NCBI GenBank assembly: GCA_049514735.1
Contig: JBEKUT010000001.1
Span: forward strand, 1-60,258
Length of the DNA stretch: 60,258 nt
Source of the DNA: Bryobacteraceae bacterium
GTDB lineage: Bacteria > Acidobacteriota > Terriglobia > Bryobacterales > Bryobacteraceae
Direction: 5' to 3'
Part shown: piece by piece, positions 8,851-19,016 of the stretch
Layout of the letters: every line of letters begins with the position of its first letter
Position numbering within the stretch: position 1 is the stretch's first letter
Notes under the pieces: generated by a model
Seen by the model: the letters and a program-made list of their open reading frames with translations, nothing else
What the model was told of the DNA's origin: nothing
The model's database searches: none
Position numbers and translations under genes: made by a program

Positions 8851-9210
8851 ATGATCAGAGCGCTGTTCGTTATAGCCGCCTTGGCGTTGCCGTTTTCGCT
8901 TGGCGCACAGGACAACAAGAATCTCAATGAGGACGCCAACACCCGGTCCGTCAAAGGCACCGTGCTCGATGCCACGGGTAAGCCGGCGGGCGGCGCGGTT
9001 GTTCAGCTTAAGGACACCAAGACGCTTCAGATCCGCTCCTTCGTAACTCTCGTGGACGGGACCTATCATTTCGCCGGACTGAGCACCAACGTCGATTACG
9101 AATTGAAGGCGGACCTTGAAGGCAAATCGAGCGGCAGCAAAACTCTCAGCACGTTCGACTCGCGAAAAGCCGCCACGCTGGACCTTAAACTGAAAATGGG
9201 TAAGTCTTAA
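8851..9210 (+). CDS. Carboxypeptidase regulatory-like domain secreted protein
   Basis: A signal peptide is followed by VKGTVLDATGKPAGGAVVQLKD ... DGTYHFAGLSTNVDYELKA, the typical CarboxypepD_reg pattern. Confidence 0.7.
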   Translation: MIRALFVIAALALPFSLGAQDNKNLNEDANTRSVKGTVLDATGKPAGGAVVQLKDTKTLQIRSFVTLVDGTYHFAGLSTNVDYELKADLEGKSSGSKTLSTFDSRKAATLDLKLKMGKS

Positions 9211-9212
9211 AT

Positions 9213-9683
9213 ATGCGTCTGGCGATTCTGCTCTTATTTGCCGCCCCAGCCCTGACTTCGCTGACTCCAATCGACGAGGCAGGGTTTCAGAAGCTGGTGC
9301 AATCGAACAAGGGCAAGGTGGTCCTCTACGATTTCTGGGCGACTTATTGCGCCCCGTGCCGCGCGGAAACGCCGGAGCTTCTCAAGCTCGAAAAGAAGCT
9401 TCACGCGAGCGGCTTCTTGTTAGTCACCATTTCCGCCGACGAACCCGAGAGCGACGCCCGGGCGGCCAAGATGGCCGATCAACTGGGCATCACCAGGCCG
9501 GCCTATCGCAAGGAAGCCAAAAAAGACGAGGATTTCATCAACTCGATCGATCCGAAGTGGGAGGGCGCGCTCCCGGCCATGTTCCTCTACGACAAGAACG
9601 GCCGCCGCGTCCGGTCGTTTATTGGCGCGACAGATATAGCCACGGTAGAGAAAGCGATCATAGGAGCCATGGGTTCGAAGTAG
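9213..9683 (+). CDS. TlpA/redoxin family thiol-disulfide oxidoreductase
   Basis: It has a signal peptide, the thioredoxin-fold active site WATYCAPC, and a redoxin-like length of 156 aa. Confidence 0.8.
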   Translation: MRLAILLLFAAPALTSLTPIDEAGFQKLVQSNKGKVVLYDFWATYCAPCRAETPELLKLEKKLHASGFLLVTISADEPESDARAAKMADQLGITRPAYRKEAKKDEDFINSIDPKWEGALPAMFLYDKNGRRVRSFIGATDIATVEKAIIGAMGSK

Positions 9684-9707
9684 TCTGCTCCGTTCTCTCC
9701 CCTTTTT

Positions 9708-10523
9708 GTGTCAAACTCGAATTTCATGCCGGGTTGTTTCCTGAGCGTGCGCCAGGTCTGCGCGCTGGCGATCCTATTCGCGATTTTAGGCTCCGGCGCC
9801 GGAGCGCAAGGCGATGGCGTGATGCCGCAGCCTCATCCCTTCGGCTCTGCTGAGACTCTTCAGTACAGCATTGAATGGCGCCTGATTACGGCAGGCACGG
9901 CCGAGTTGAAAATCGAGCCCGCGCACGATGCCAATCATCCGGAGTGGCAAATCCACGGGCACGTCGAATCGGCTGGACTCGTGTCGAAGCTTTACAAGCT
10001 CGACGACAACTACACCTCGCATATCGGCGATCAGTTCTGCGTTTCGACCAGCGAAATGGACGCTTTCGAGGGCAAGAAGCACCACGACGCGAAAGTCTCT
10101 TACGACTACACGCGGAACCGCGCGGTGTTTTTAGAGCGGGATCTGCTGAAGAACACCACCATGAGTACGAAAGAAATCCAACTGCCGGGTTGCGTGAGCG
10201 ACGTGCTCGGCGGTTTGTACAAAATGCGCACGCTGCGGCTGCAACCAGGGCAATCCGCGCAGATCCCGACGAGCGATGGCAAGAAATGGGCGCCCGTACG
10301 GATTGAGGCGCAGGAGCGCGAGGAGATTAAGAATCATGTCGGCGATTTCAAGACCATCCGCTACGAGGCGTTTCTGTTCAACGGCGTGATTTATTCGAAG
10401 AAGGCCAGCATGCTGGTGTGGGTCACTGACGACGAACGCCATTTGCCCGTGCAGATCCGAGCCCGCATGGGCTTCCCGATCGGCTCCATCACTCTCTCGC
10501 TCGAAAAAGAAGATCATCAATGA
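9708..10523 (+). CDS. DUF3108 domain-containing protein
   Basis: The pattern is DUF3108-like: ETLQYSIEWRLITAGTAELKIEP ... YKLDDNYTS ... VWVTDDERHLPVQIRARMGFPIGSITLSL. The start is either GTG 9708 or ATG 9726. Confidence 0.7.
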   Translation: MSNSNFMPGCFLSVRQVCALAILFAILGSGAGAQGDGVMPQPHPFGSAETLQYSIEWRLITAGTAELKIEPAHDANHPEWQIHGHVESAGLVSKLYKLDDNYTSHIGDQFCVSTSEMDAFEGKKHHDAKVSYDYTRNRAVFLERDLLKNTTMSTKEIQLPGCVSDVLGGLYKMRTLRLQPGQSAQIPTSDGKKWAPVRIEAQEREEIKNHVGDFKTIRYEAFLFNGVIYSKKASMLVWVTDDERHLPVQIRARMGFPIGSITLSLEKEDHQ

Positions 10524-11599
10524 AAATCTTCGTTGTTCTGGCGGGTATGCTGGGCCTCGCCGCGCAGCCAGCCCAGCAACCGCTCACCGCGCCACAAGCA
10601 CAGCAGTTGATGACGCGGTCCGTTCAATTGATGGAATCCGCGGGGGTCGCCTTGCCGGAGCTGGCACGGGCCGGCGCGCCGCTTGCCGAGAACGCTCGCC
10701 AGGCCATCGAGAACGCGAAGGCCACTTCCGCAAACCTGGAATTTTACAACGTGTTTCAGGGCAACTTGCGCGCTTATTTGTTTGTCGCCGATTCTCTTCC
10801 GAAACCGGCCAGCTTCCCGGAACAGGCGCGCCAGCAGTTGGCCGAGTTGCGCGACAACTTCAGCCGCCTGGATACTTTTTTCGCTACGACGCTGGCGCAG
10901 CGCGATCTCCAGCTTCGCTCTCCGGACCGCGATAACCTGAACCGTTACGCCGAGGCCGATTCCAAACTGCCCGCGCCGCGTGCCGAGAATCCGCGAGTTG
11001 TTTTTCTGGGCGATTCGATTACCGATTTCTGGCGATTGAACGAATATTTTGGCGATCGGGATTTCGTGAATCGTGGAATCTCAGGACAGATCACCGGCCA
11101 GATGCTCGGCCGCATGATGGCGGATGTCGTGAATCTGCATCCGCAGGCGGTTCTGATTCTCGGCGGCACTAACGATCTCGCGCGTGGCGTCCCGCTGCTG
11201 GCCATCGAGAATAATCTCACGATGATCGCCGATCTTGCCGACCACTATAAGATCAAAGTGATCTTCGCGTCGGTGACGCCCGTGAGCGACTATCACAAAG
11301 ATGTGGACCCGAACTACGCGCGCACGAGGGATCGCTCGCCTTCGCTGATCCATTCGCTCAACGGCTGGATCCAAAGTATCTGCAGCGACCGCAGCTATAC
11401 GTACCTCGATTATTTCAGCGCCATGGTCGACAACACCGGCATGATGAAAACTGAACTGGCCGACGACGGGCTGCACCCCAACAGCGCTGGATATCGGATT
11501 ATGGCGCCGCTGGCGCTCGATGCTATTAATAAGACTGTGGGTACCGGAACAGCTCCAACGCAACGGGAACCCCGCAAGCGCCGTCTATTTTCCAAGTAG
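10520..11599 (+). CDS. SGNH/GDSL hydrolase family protein (secreted)
   Basis: The SGNH blocks are present: VVFLGDSITDFW (block I Ser), GISGQ, LGGTNDL, and DGLHPNSAGY (block V Asp/His). An ATGA overlap links it to the upstream gene. Confidence 0.8.
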   Translation: MKIFVVLAGMLGLAAQPAQQPLTAPQAQQLMTRSVQLMESAGVALPELARAGAPLAENARQAIENAKATSANLEFYNVFQGNLRAYLFVADSLPKPASFPEQARQQLAELRDNFSRLDTFFATTLAQRDLQLRSPDRDNLNRYAEADSKLPAPRAENPRVVFLGDSITDFWRLNEYFGDRDFVNRGISGQITGQMLGRMMADVVNLHPQAVLILGGTNDLARGVPLLAIENNLTMIADLADHYKIKVIFASVTPVSDYHKDVDPNYARTRDRSPSLIHSLNGWIQSICSDRSYTYLDYFSAMVDNTGMMKTELADDGLHPNSAGYRIMAPLALDAINKTVGTGTAPTQREPRKRRLFSK

Positions 11600-11632
11600 A
11601 TGCGTGTGTCCAGCCATATGCAGGGTGCGGCA

Positions 11633-12733
11633 ATGAAGCAAATCTTTTGTATTCTGGCGTTTACGTTTCTAGGCGTCGCGGCCTCCGACATGACCATGAC
11701 GGTGGCCCAGCTCAAGGACTTCATCAAATCGTCCGTCGAAAAGAAGTACCCGGACAAAGAGGTAGCCGAGTACCTGAGGCACGTCAAGCTAAAGAATAAG
11801 CTCGATGACGAGACGGTCGAGAATCTTCAGAGCCTCGGTACCGGCCCCAAGACGACCGCCGCTCTTCACGACCTTCGCGACAGTACGGAAAAGCTCGAGC
11901 CGCCTCCGCCACCTCCGCCACCGAAGGCCTACCATGAGGCCGATCCGCCGGATTCCATCGAGCAGGCCAAGATTATCGACGGCGCGCGCGAGTACGCCAT
12001 GAACTATGAGAAGACCCTCCCGGACTTCTTCTGCGCAGAGATTCAGCGCCGTTACATGGACCCGCTTCATCACAACGTACATGGTTTGGACCAGCCGGAA
12101 TGGCGGCTGGAAGACACCATCACGAGCAAGTTGACGTACTTCGATCACCAGGAAAAGTACGAAGTTCAGATGGTGAACAATGCGTCGGTTACGAACATGC
12201 CGATGGAGAAGCTGGGCGGCGCCGTGTCCAGGGGTGAGTTCGGCAGTATGATGCGGTATATTTTCGACCGCAGCTCGGAAGCCCGTTTTGAGTGGGACCA
12301 CTGGGGCACGTTGCGCGGGCGCAGGACTTACGTATTCTCTTTCGATATCGACCAGGACCATTCGAAGTATCAGATCGTGTGGGACAACTCGCTGGAGCTG
12401 CGCCCGGCGTACCGCGGGAAGATTTATATCGACCAGGAAAGGGGCATGATCGTGCGGATTGTGGAATCGCCGTACGACATTCCGTCCACGTACCCGGTGC
12501 AGGCCGTGAGCGACACACTCGATTTTGAGTTTACGAAGATCGGAGACGGCGAGTACCTGGTTCCGATGCGAGCCGTCGTCATCTCAGCAACGAATAAGTA
12601 CCTGGCGCGGAACGATAAAGAATTTCGGTTGTATCAGAAGTTCGGCACGACCTCGACGATCAATTTCGGCGATATCGCGAACGATCCTCTGCCGCCAGAA
12701 AAGCCGGAAAAACCGGAAAAACCGCCGCAATAG
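11633..12733 (+). CDS. Hypothetical secreted protein with an octaproline linker
   Basis: It has a signal peptide (MKQIFCILAFTFLGVAAS), a P8 tract (EPPPPPPPPKAY) and a C-terminal (PEK)n tail. I recognised no family. An alternative start is ATG 11600. Confidence 0.55.
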   Translation: MKQIFCILAFTFLGVAASDMTMTVAQLKDFIKSSVEKKYPDKEVAEYLRHVKLKNKLDDETVENLQSLGTGPKTTAALHDLRDSTEKLEPPPPPPPPKAYHEADPPDSIEQAKIIDGAREYAMNYEKTLPDFFCAEIQRRYMDPLHHNVHGLDQPEWRLEDTITSKLTYFDHQEKYEVQMVNNASVTNMPMEKLGGAVSRGEFGSMMRYIFDRSSEARFEWDHWGTLRGRRTYVFSFDIDQDHSKYQIVWDNSLELRPAYRGKIYIDQERGMIVRIVESPYDIPSTYPVQAVSDTLDFEFTKIGDGEYLVPMRAVVISATNKYLARNDKEFRLYQKFGTTSTINFGDIANDPLPPEKPEKPEKPPQ

Positions 12734-12739
12734 AACGAA

Positions 12740-13948
12740 TCAGAGAACGCTCTCGATCTGATCGAGTGCCTCCACTACTTGCGGCCAGGGATCTATGCCG
12801 GGCTCGCACTTCACCACCCGGATCAGCCCGTCGCCGGTCGGCCGCCAGCGCTCGAAGAATCGCTCGCTTGGATATCCCGCAAAGATGCTGACCATCGGCA
12901 CGCCGCACGCCGCTGCTACATGACCGCCCGCCGAATCGTAGCCCACATACATGCTGCTTCTGCGGATATGGTTCGCAAATCCAGCGAATGAGCCATCCCA
13001 AACCTTAACTTCAGAGTCACACTCTGCGACTGCTCGCTCCACACGCTCGGCCTCTTCTCCGCCCGCGCCTTTGTCGATCAGAATCGGACGCGGGAGACGC
13101 TGCAGCAGCTCTGCTTCGAATGGATCGGGCAGACGTTTGTTCGGGTTCTCACCGACGCCGAAGCTTACAGTAGTGGCGAATTCCGGGAGCGTAGTCGTCA
13201 TCGGCATCGGCTCGATGAACGGTTTGGCGTCATCAACGTTGAACGTCTCCGCGACCCATTTCTGGGTCAGCCGGACTAGCGAGTCATCCGATTCGGAGCG
13301 ATAGGCGCGGCTCTCGAAGAAGAAATAATCTTCTTCAGAACAAAGCGGCAGCAGGCCCAGTTGCGTGAGTCGGGAATCCGGATCGATAACGATACTTCGT
13401 CTTCTACAGACGGAGTCGCGCAACGGCTTCCACACCGCGAGCCGGTCGCGAATGCTGTCGGTTCGCCCATACTGGACCGGAAGGTGTTGGATGCGATCGT
13501 CGCCCGCAAAAAGCTCCCAGCTTTTTTGAGTTCCAACGAAGTAGATATGGGCGTCCGGGAATGCGCGCTTGGCCGCGTCGAGCACCACGCTTGTCACCGC
13601 GACATCGGCCCCCAAAGTTACGCGGGATAACACGAATACATTGCGTACTCCGAGACCCGAAATCTCGGCGATGTTGCGGGAACGCCGCACGCGTCGATAA
13701 CGTGCCAGCAGGTGGGCCGCGTGCAGATCGTCGGGCAGGACGCGAGCGACCACTTCCGCGAACAACTCGGAGTATACGTCGCACAAGCGGGGTTCGAACA
13801 GATCCGAGAGCCCTTCCACTACAGTGCTGAAGAGGGCCCGGCTGTTATCGTCCTGTACCATGGAGTCGATCAGCGCTTCGGGCCAGGTAGTGCCCTTCAT
13901 GCAGTGCGACAGCAGTTCCTGTGCGAGTTCAGCCGATGTACTTTCCAA
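12740..13948 (-). CDS. Glycosyltransferase family 9 (heptosyltransferase-like)
   Basis: GT9-like blocks are RNVFVLSRVTLGADVAVTS and MYVGYDSAGGHVAAACGVPMVSIFAG. The start is uncertain (13948 or internal ATG 13900). Confidence 0.65.
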   Translation of the reverse strand: MESTSAELAQELLSHCMKGTTWPEALIDSMVQDDNSRALFSTVVEGLSDLFEPRLCDVYSELFAEVVARVLPDDLHAAHLLARYRRVRRSRNIAEISGLGVRNVFVLSRVTLGADVAVTSVVLDAAKRAFPDAHIYFVGTQKSWELFAGDDRIQHLPVQYGRTDSIRDRLAVWKPLRDSVCRRRSIVIDPDSRLTQLGLLPLCSEEDYFFFESRAYRSESDDSLVRLTQKWVAETFNVDDAKPFIEPMPMTTTLPEFATTVSFGVGENPNKRLPDPFEAELLQRLPRPILIDKGAGGEEAERVERAVAECDSEVKVWDGSFAGFANHIRRSSMYVGYDSAGGHVAAACGVPMVSIFAGYPSERFFERWRPTGDGLIRVVKCEPGIDPWPQVVEALDQIESVL

Positions 13949-14789
13949 CCAGCAACTCCAGCTTCTTACGAGTGACGTAAGGGATCGCTTTCGGGTCCGT
14001 GATCAAGGCGTGTTGCAGCGCCAGCCCGCATTTACACTCGCGGCGGTCGGGCATGGACGCCACGGCATTGAGCACAACCTTACACGCGTTCTCGGCGTTT
14101 TTCGTGAGGTTCGCGAGAATATCCGTAACGGTCACAGCAGCGTGTTCTTCATGCCAGCAGTCGTAATCGGTCACCATCGCGACGGTCACGTAACAAATCT
14201 CAGCTTCGCGTGCGAGCTTCGCCTCCTGAAGATTGGTCATACCGATCACGTCCATGCCCCAGCTCCGATACACGTTCGATTCCGCTTTCGTGGAAAAGGC
14301 GGGGCCCTCCATGCACAAGTACGTCCCCCCTCTCTTGACAGTCACGACAGCCTCATCGCACGCCTTTGCGACCACTTCCGCAAGCTGCGGGCAGATGGGA
14401 TCGGCAAAGCTGATGTGCGCGACTAAGCCCTCGCCAAAGAACGTCGAAACGCGCCCGCGAGTGCGGTCGACGAATTGATCGGGGATCACGAAATCGAGCG
14501 GCTTGTGTTCTTCTTTCAACGATCCGACCGCGCTCAATGAAATGAGCCGCTCCACACCGAGCTGCTTAAACCCATAAATATTCGCGCGGAAATTCAACTC
14601 CGACGGCGAGATGCGATGCCCGCGCCCGTGCCGCGCGAGAAAGGCGACTTGCTGTCCGGCAAGCTGCCCCACTACGTACGGATCGGAAGGACTGCCCCAC
14701 GGCGTGTCTAACGTTTTTTCTTCCTGGGCTTCAAAGCCCGGCATGGAATAGAGGCCGCTGCCCCCGATAATTCCGATGGTTGGTTTCAT
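13929..14789 (-). CDS. mtnP: S-methyl-5'-thioadenosine phosphorylase
   Basis: The sequence is MKPTIGIIGGSGLY ... FLARHGRGHRISPSELNFRANIYGFKQLGV ... MEGPAFSTKAESNVYRSWGMDVIGMT, a PNP/MTAP family signature. I chose the start at MKPTIG, which gives an ATGA overlap with meaB. Confidence 0.85.
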   Translation of the reverse strand: MKPTIGIIGGSGLYSMPGFEAQEEKTLDTPWGSPSDPYVVGQLAGQQVAFLARHGRGHRISPSELNFRANIYGFKQLGVERLISLSAVGSLKEEHKPLDFVIPDQFVDRTRGRVSTFFGEGLVAHISFADPICPQLAEVVAKACDEAVVTVKRGGTYLCMEGPAFSTKAESNVYRSWGMDVIGMTNLQEAKLAREAEICYVTVAMVTDYDCWHEEHAAVTVTDILANLTKNAENACKVVLNAVASMPDRRECKCGLALQHALITDPKAIPYVTRKKLELLVGKYIG

Positions 14790-15697
14790 TGTCCTCTGGC
14801 TTCGATCCACTGCTCGATTAAAGTGTACGGGTCGACCGAGCGTGAGACGACCTGCGCCGCTGCGGCGTCAAAATCGATTCCGCTAAGATCCTGCAGCAAG
14901 CGATCACGCAGCATCTCGCGAAGCCGCAGGCTCCAGTTGCCGGCCGCGCGCATTTTGCGACCACTCGATTCACGATATCGCTCGATGGCGGCGAGCGTCT
15001 CCTCGATTCCAGTTCCATCTTTGGCGACCGCTCGCACGATCGGTGGTCTCCATGAATCGGGACGTTTAGCGAACTCCTCAGCCGTCTTAACTTCGCGCTC
15101 CAATCGGTCGGCTCCGGGTTGATCTGCCTTATTAATTACGAAGACATCGGCGATTTCCATGATACCGGCTTTGATGGCCTGGACATCGTCGCCCATGCCC
15201 GGCACCAGCAGCACCACGGTGACGTCGGCCAATCTCGCAATCTCGATTTCATCCTGACCTACGCCAACGGTCTCGACCAGAACTACATCGCAACCTGCGG
15301 CGTCCAGCAGCAGCGCCATCTCTGTAGTAGCCTTCGCAATCCCGCCCAGCGCACCGCGCGTCGCCATGGATCGGATAAAGACTCCGGGGTCGGCGTAATG
15401 GTCCAACATACGAATGCGATCGCCAAGAATTGCCCCACCGCTGTACGGACTGGTGGGATCGACGGCAATCACGCCGACTCGTTTACCATCGCGCCGCAAT
15501 GCATGCGTGAGCTGATCGACCAGCGTGCTCTTGCCCGCGCCCGGAGATCCCGTAATGCCGATCAAAACGGCGTGTCCCGTGTGCGGAAACAATTCACGCA
15601 TCAGCGGCTCGGATTCTCGATTGCGATTCTCGATGATGGTGGCGGCACGAGCCAACGCGCGCGGGTCTCCGCTGAGAACGCGTTGGCCCAAGTCCAT
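14786..15697 (-). CDS. meaB: Methylmalonyl-CoA mutase-associated G3E GTPase MeaB/ArgK
   Basis: The P-loop is GITGSPGAGKSTLVDQL, followed by VIAVDPTSPYSGGAILGDRIRM and VETVGVGQDE. I chose the start at MDLGQRVL (TAATG junction with the upstream gene). Confidence 0.8.
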   Translation of the reverse strand: MDLGQRVLSGDPRALARAATIIENRNRESEPLMRELFPHTGHAVLIGITGSPGAGKSTLVDQLTHALRRDGKRVGVIAVDPTSPYSGGAILGDRIRMLDHYADPGVFIRSMATRGALGGIAKATTEMALLLDAAGCDVVLVETVGVGQDEIEIARLADVTVVLLVPGMGDDVQAIKAGIMEIADVFVINKADQPGADRLEREVKTAEEFAKRPDSWRPPIVRAVAKDGTGIEETLAAIERYRESSGRKMRAAGNWSLRLREMLRDRLLQDLSGIDFDAAAAQVVSRSVDPYTLIEQWIEARGQ

Positions 15698-16839
15698 TAG
15701 CTTTTGAGCAACTGCCGTGCGATCACCATCCGCTGAATTTCGCTGGTCCCTTCGCCGATGGTACACAGCTTCACATCGCGATAAAACTTCTCTACGGGAT
15801 AGTCTTTGATGAAGCCGTATCCGCCGTGAATCTGTACAGCTTCATTGCACACGTCCACGGCAATCTCCGACGCGAAAAGTTTGGCCATCGCCGATTCTTT
15901 GGTGACGCGGTTGCCCTGATCCTTCAACGCGCCCGCGCGATGCGTCAACAGCCGAGCCGCCTCAATGGATGTGGCCATGTCGGCGAGTTTGTGCTGAATG
16001 GCCTGGAACTCGGAAATGGGCCGGCCAAACTGTATGCGATGTTTAGAGTACTTCAGCGCCGCTTCATAAGCGCCCTGCGCCGTCCCAACCGCAAGGGCCG
16101 CAATCGAAATGCGGCCGCCGTCGAGGGTGCGCAAGCTGTCCACGAATCCTTCGCCATGCGCGCCTAATAATTGCGATTCCGGCACGCGGCAATCGTGGAA
16201 GAGCACCTCGCCGGTGGCGCTGGCGCGCATACCCATCTTGTTTTCTTTCTTGCCGACGCGAAATCCTGGCGTGTCCTTTTCAACAATAAAGGCCGATATG
16301 CCATGCTGCGACGAGCCGCGATCTGTCACCGCCATGGCCACGCAAACATCGGCGTACTGCGCGTTGGTCGTAAACGTCTTGCTGCCGTTGATCACCCAGC
16401 ACTCGCCGTGTTTCACAGCCTGCGTGCGCGTGCCCGCGGCATCCGACCCGGCCTCCGGCTCGGTCAGAGACCAGCATCCGATCCACTCACCGGTGGCGAG
16501 CTTCGGAATATAACGCTGCTTCTGTTCGTGCGTGCCGGCCAGATAGATATGGTTCGTGCAGAGTGAATTATGCGCCGCAACAATCAGGCCGACGGAAGGA
16601 TCGACGCGCGCCAGCTCTTCGATGATGATGGCGTATTCGATGTAGCCGAGTCCGGAGCCGCCCAGTTCTTCCGGGAAAATTGCGCCCATGAAGCCGAGAT
16701 CGCCTGCTTTTTTGATGGCTTCGAGCGGGAAGATCTGCTCCTCGTCCCACTCGAGCACGTGCGGACCGATTTCGGCCTCGGCGAATTCCCGAACCGCTTT
16801 TCGAAGGTGGACTTGCTCGGGAGAATATGAGAAGTCCAT
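15697..16839 (-). CDS. Acyl-CoA dehydrogenase
   Basis: It is 380 aa with ACAD family blocks ([14 protein letters not shown] ... [10 protein letters not shown] ... [34 protein letters not shown]). Confidence 0.85.
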   Translation of the reverse strand: MDFSYSPEQVHLRKAVREFAEAEIGPHVLEWDEEQIFPLEAIKKAGDLGFMGAIFPEELGGSGLGYIEYAIIIEELARVDPSVGLIVAAHNSLCTNHIYLAGTHEQKQRYIPKLATGEWIGCWSLTEPEAGSDAAGTRTQAVKHGECWVINGSKTFTTNAQYADVCVAMAVTDRGSSQHGISAFIVEKDTPGFRVGKKENKMGMRASATGEVLFHDCRVPESQLLGAHGEGFVDSLRTLDGGRISIAALAVGTAQGAYEAALKYSKHRIQFGRPISEFQAIQHKLADMATSIEAARLLTHRAGALKDQGNRVTKESAMAKLFASEIAVDVCNEAVQIHGGYGFIKDYPVEKFYRDVKLCTIGEGTSEIQRMVIARQLLKS

Positions 16840-16845
16840 TGCCGG

Positions 16846-18051
16846 CTAGACGATTTCCTCTTTCGCGGGGTCCCACTTCACGGCGCGGCCCTTACGATAG
16901 CTGTCGACGGCCATGCGGCACGCAATGGAAACACGGAAGCCAAGATCGAAGGGGCAGTTTGTCTCTTTCCCCGACCGTATGCAATCGAAGAAGTTCTCCA
17001 TGTGCGCGATCGGCGAGGCCGTCGTGGAACCGGTCAGCTCGGTCCCGTCCGGGCGATTCACCTTCTGCGGCGTGTATCGAATCTGATGGCCCTTCGAGAT
17101 GGTGCCGTCGGTTCCGAGCACGTCTTCGCTCACTCCGAGTGCGTTATTGCCAAAGCCAGAGTCCCAACTCACTAGGATTTCTTCGGGCTGCTCCAGTGAG
17201 ACGTTCATGGTGTCCGGAACTTCACGGCCATCTTTCCAGAGAAAGAGCCCGCCGGTCATATTGACGGTCTTCGGAATCTGGAGATTCATCGCCTTGTACC
17301 AGAACGCCACCTGGTGGCACATATTCTCGTACACGTTGCCGCCCGAGTAGTCCCAAAAAAATCGCCAGTTGACGTAGCGATTCGGATCGAACGGGTGCTT
17401 CGCCGCTTCGCCCTGGAACGACTCCCACAGAATATTTTCGGCCGTCATATCCGGATACACCGGCCGCGCCCATTGCGGCTTTCCATGCGGCGTGTTGCGA
17501 TACATATGCATGTGAACCGCGGTGACTTTTCCGACGTTGCCGCTCGCGAGCATTGTTTGCGCATCCGGCATCTGGCCCGACGAACACCCTTGATGACCCA
17601 CCTGCACCGTGAGTTTCCCGTTCGCCGCGCGGTATGCCGCACGCATGTGCTTGGCATGGTCGGCAGTGAACGCCATCGTCTTCTCCTGATAGACGTGCTT
17701 GCCGGCCTGCATTGCGTGGACGAAATGCTCGCAGTGCAGGTGCTGTGGGGTGGCGATCAGGACTGCGTCGATCGTTTTGTCGTCAAGCAACCGCCGATGA
17801 TCCAGATAGGTGGCCGCGTTCGGGGCAAGCTGTTTCGCGTTCTCCAGCCGGCGCGTGTAGATATCGGAGAAAGCGACAAAATCGACGTTGGGGCATTTGA
17901 GCGCCCAGCGAGTGATCTCGGTTCCACGGTCGCCAATGCCGATGATTCCCACGCGGATCCGCTCGTTCGATCCGAGCACGCCCTTTGGCATGGCGAGAGT
18001 GGTCGCGAGACCGGAGGCCATGGTCCCGATGAATTTACGGCGTGAGTCCAT
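16846..18051 (-). CDS. Gfo/Idh/MocA family oxidoreductase, Tat-exported
   Basis: I chose the start at MDSRRKFIGTMASGLATTLAMP (twin-arginine signal). The Rossmann motif is IRVGIIGIGDRG. The upstream 55 codons of the ORF-track call are Arg-rich and non-protein-like. Confidence 0.8.
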   Translation of the reverse strand: MDSRRKFIGTMASGLATTLAMPKGVLGSNERIRVGIIGIGDRGTEITRWALKCPNVDFVAFSDIYTRRLENAKQLAPNAATYLDHRRLLDDKTIDAVLIATPQHLHCEHFVHAMQAGKHVYQEKTMAFTADHAKHMRAAYRAANGKLTVQVGHQGCSSGQMPDAQTMLASGNVGKVTAVHMHMYRNTPHGKPQWARPVYPDMTAENILWESFQGEAAKHPFDPNRYVNWRFFWDYSGGNVYENMCHQVAFWYKAMNLQIPKTVNMTGGLFLWKDGREVPDTMNVSLEQPEEILVSWDSGFGNNALGVSEDVLGTDGTISKGHQIRYTPQKVNRPDGTELTGSTTASPIAHMENFFDCIRSGKETNCPFDLGFRVSIACRMAVDSYRKGRAVKWDPAKEEIV

Positions 18052-18089
18052 GCGGAGGGGAAACCTTCGTCTCCGATTATACCAGTTGG

Positions 18090-18959
18090 TCAAAAAGGCA
18101 GACCACAAACCCCGATGGTCTGCCCTACATCGTTGCCAGTCGCGATCATCCAGTAATCGACCGGTCCGTCCCACTTCGTGAACGTCCAAAGCTCGGCAGC
18201 GACGCGGTTGCTCCATCGCTCCACTCCGTGTTCCGGCGCTTGAGACGCCTGCGCGTCGGAAACCGCGGATAGCCCGAGCCAGATATGAGCTAACTCATGT
18301 GCAAGCGTGAACATCTGGGCGGCCTTAGTGTCCGAGCCGTTGATGAACACGAGCGGCGCGAGGTTATCCGCGAGGGCGAAACCCCGGAACTCTTGTGGAT
18401 CTAGTTTGCGGCGGTTGTTGCTCCCCACGACTCCGTTCACCATGACCAAGACTCCGACTGCATCGGCCTGTTCGATAAGACGGCGCAGCGCGTCAGTCCA
18501 GGCGGGCATCCGGCGGCGCTCCTCAAGGTCGAACCCTAACTTGATCCGAATTGCCGCCGCAGTCACTTCGACGTCATCAGTCAAACTCGCGGAGCCTACG
18601 AACGGAGCCGGCTCCCGGCCCTCAGATCGCGCGAAATCGCGGTACGACTCCTGACGCTGCTGGCAGAGATAGATGGTGTCAAGAAGGTCTGGACTCGGAG
18701 GTTCAATGTGCCTGTTACCGGCGGTGCGGAAGTCCGGAATGGGAACATCTTCGACAGGCGGCGCCTGAAGGAAAAAATAACCGACAGGTGCGTGCGTGGC
18801 CCTCGCGAAACTCTCTAACTGCTTGAGGGTCGGGAGAGACTCGCCGCGTTCCCAGGTATCAAGCCGCGGAAAGCGGCGGGCGAGCGTTTCGGCGTCGAGC
18901 CCGGAACGCGATCGCGCCCAGCGCAGCAGTTCCGGTTTAATATCGACACGGGTCGTCAT
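18090..18959 (-). CDS. XRE-HTH / ImmA-IrrE (COG2856) metallopeptidase fusion, probably 3'-truncated
   Basis: The N-terminal HTH is LLRWARSRSGLDAETLARRF ... LPTLKQLESFA. The zinc motif HELAHIW is present. After RVAAEL the sequence becomes non-homologous (WTFTKWDGPV...) and stops 39 nt before the neighbouring gene, which suggests a deletion. Confidence 0.6.
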   Translation of the reverse strand: MTTRVDIKPELLRWARSRSGLDAETLARRFPRLDTWERGESLPTLKQLESFARATHAPVGYFFLQAPPVEDVPIPDFRTAGNRHIEPPSPDLLDTIYLCQQRQESYRDFARSEGREPAPFVGSASLTDDVEVTAAAIRIKLGFDLEERRRMPAWTDALRRLIEQADAVGVLVMVNGVVGSNNRRKLDPQEFRGFALADNLAPLVFINGSDTKAAQMFTLAHELAHIWLGLSAVSDAQASQAPEHGVERWSNRVAAELWTFTKWDGPVDYWMIATGNDVGQTIGVCGLPF

Positions 18960-19016
18960 AGTCCTGCTCTCATTGTCCGCCACAGCAGCGCTGGACGGCT
19001 TATTCAAGAGGGCGCC

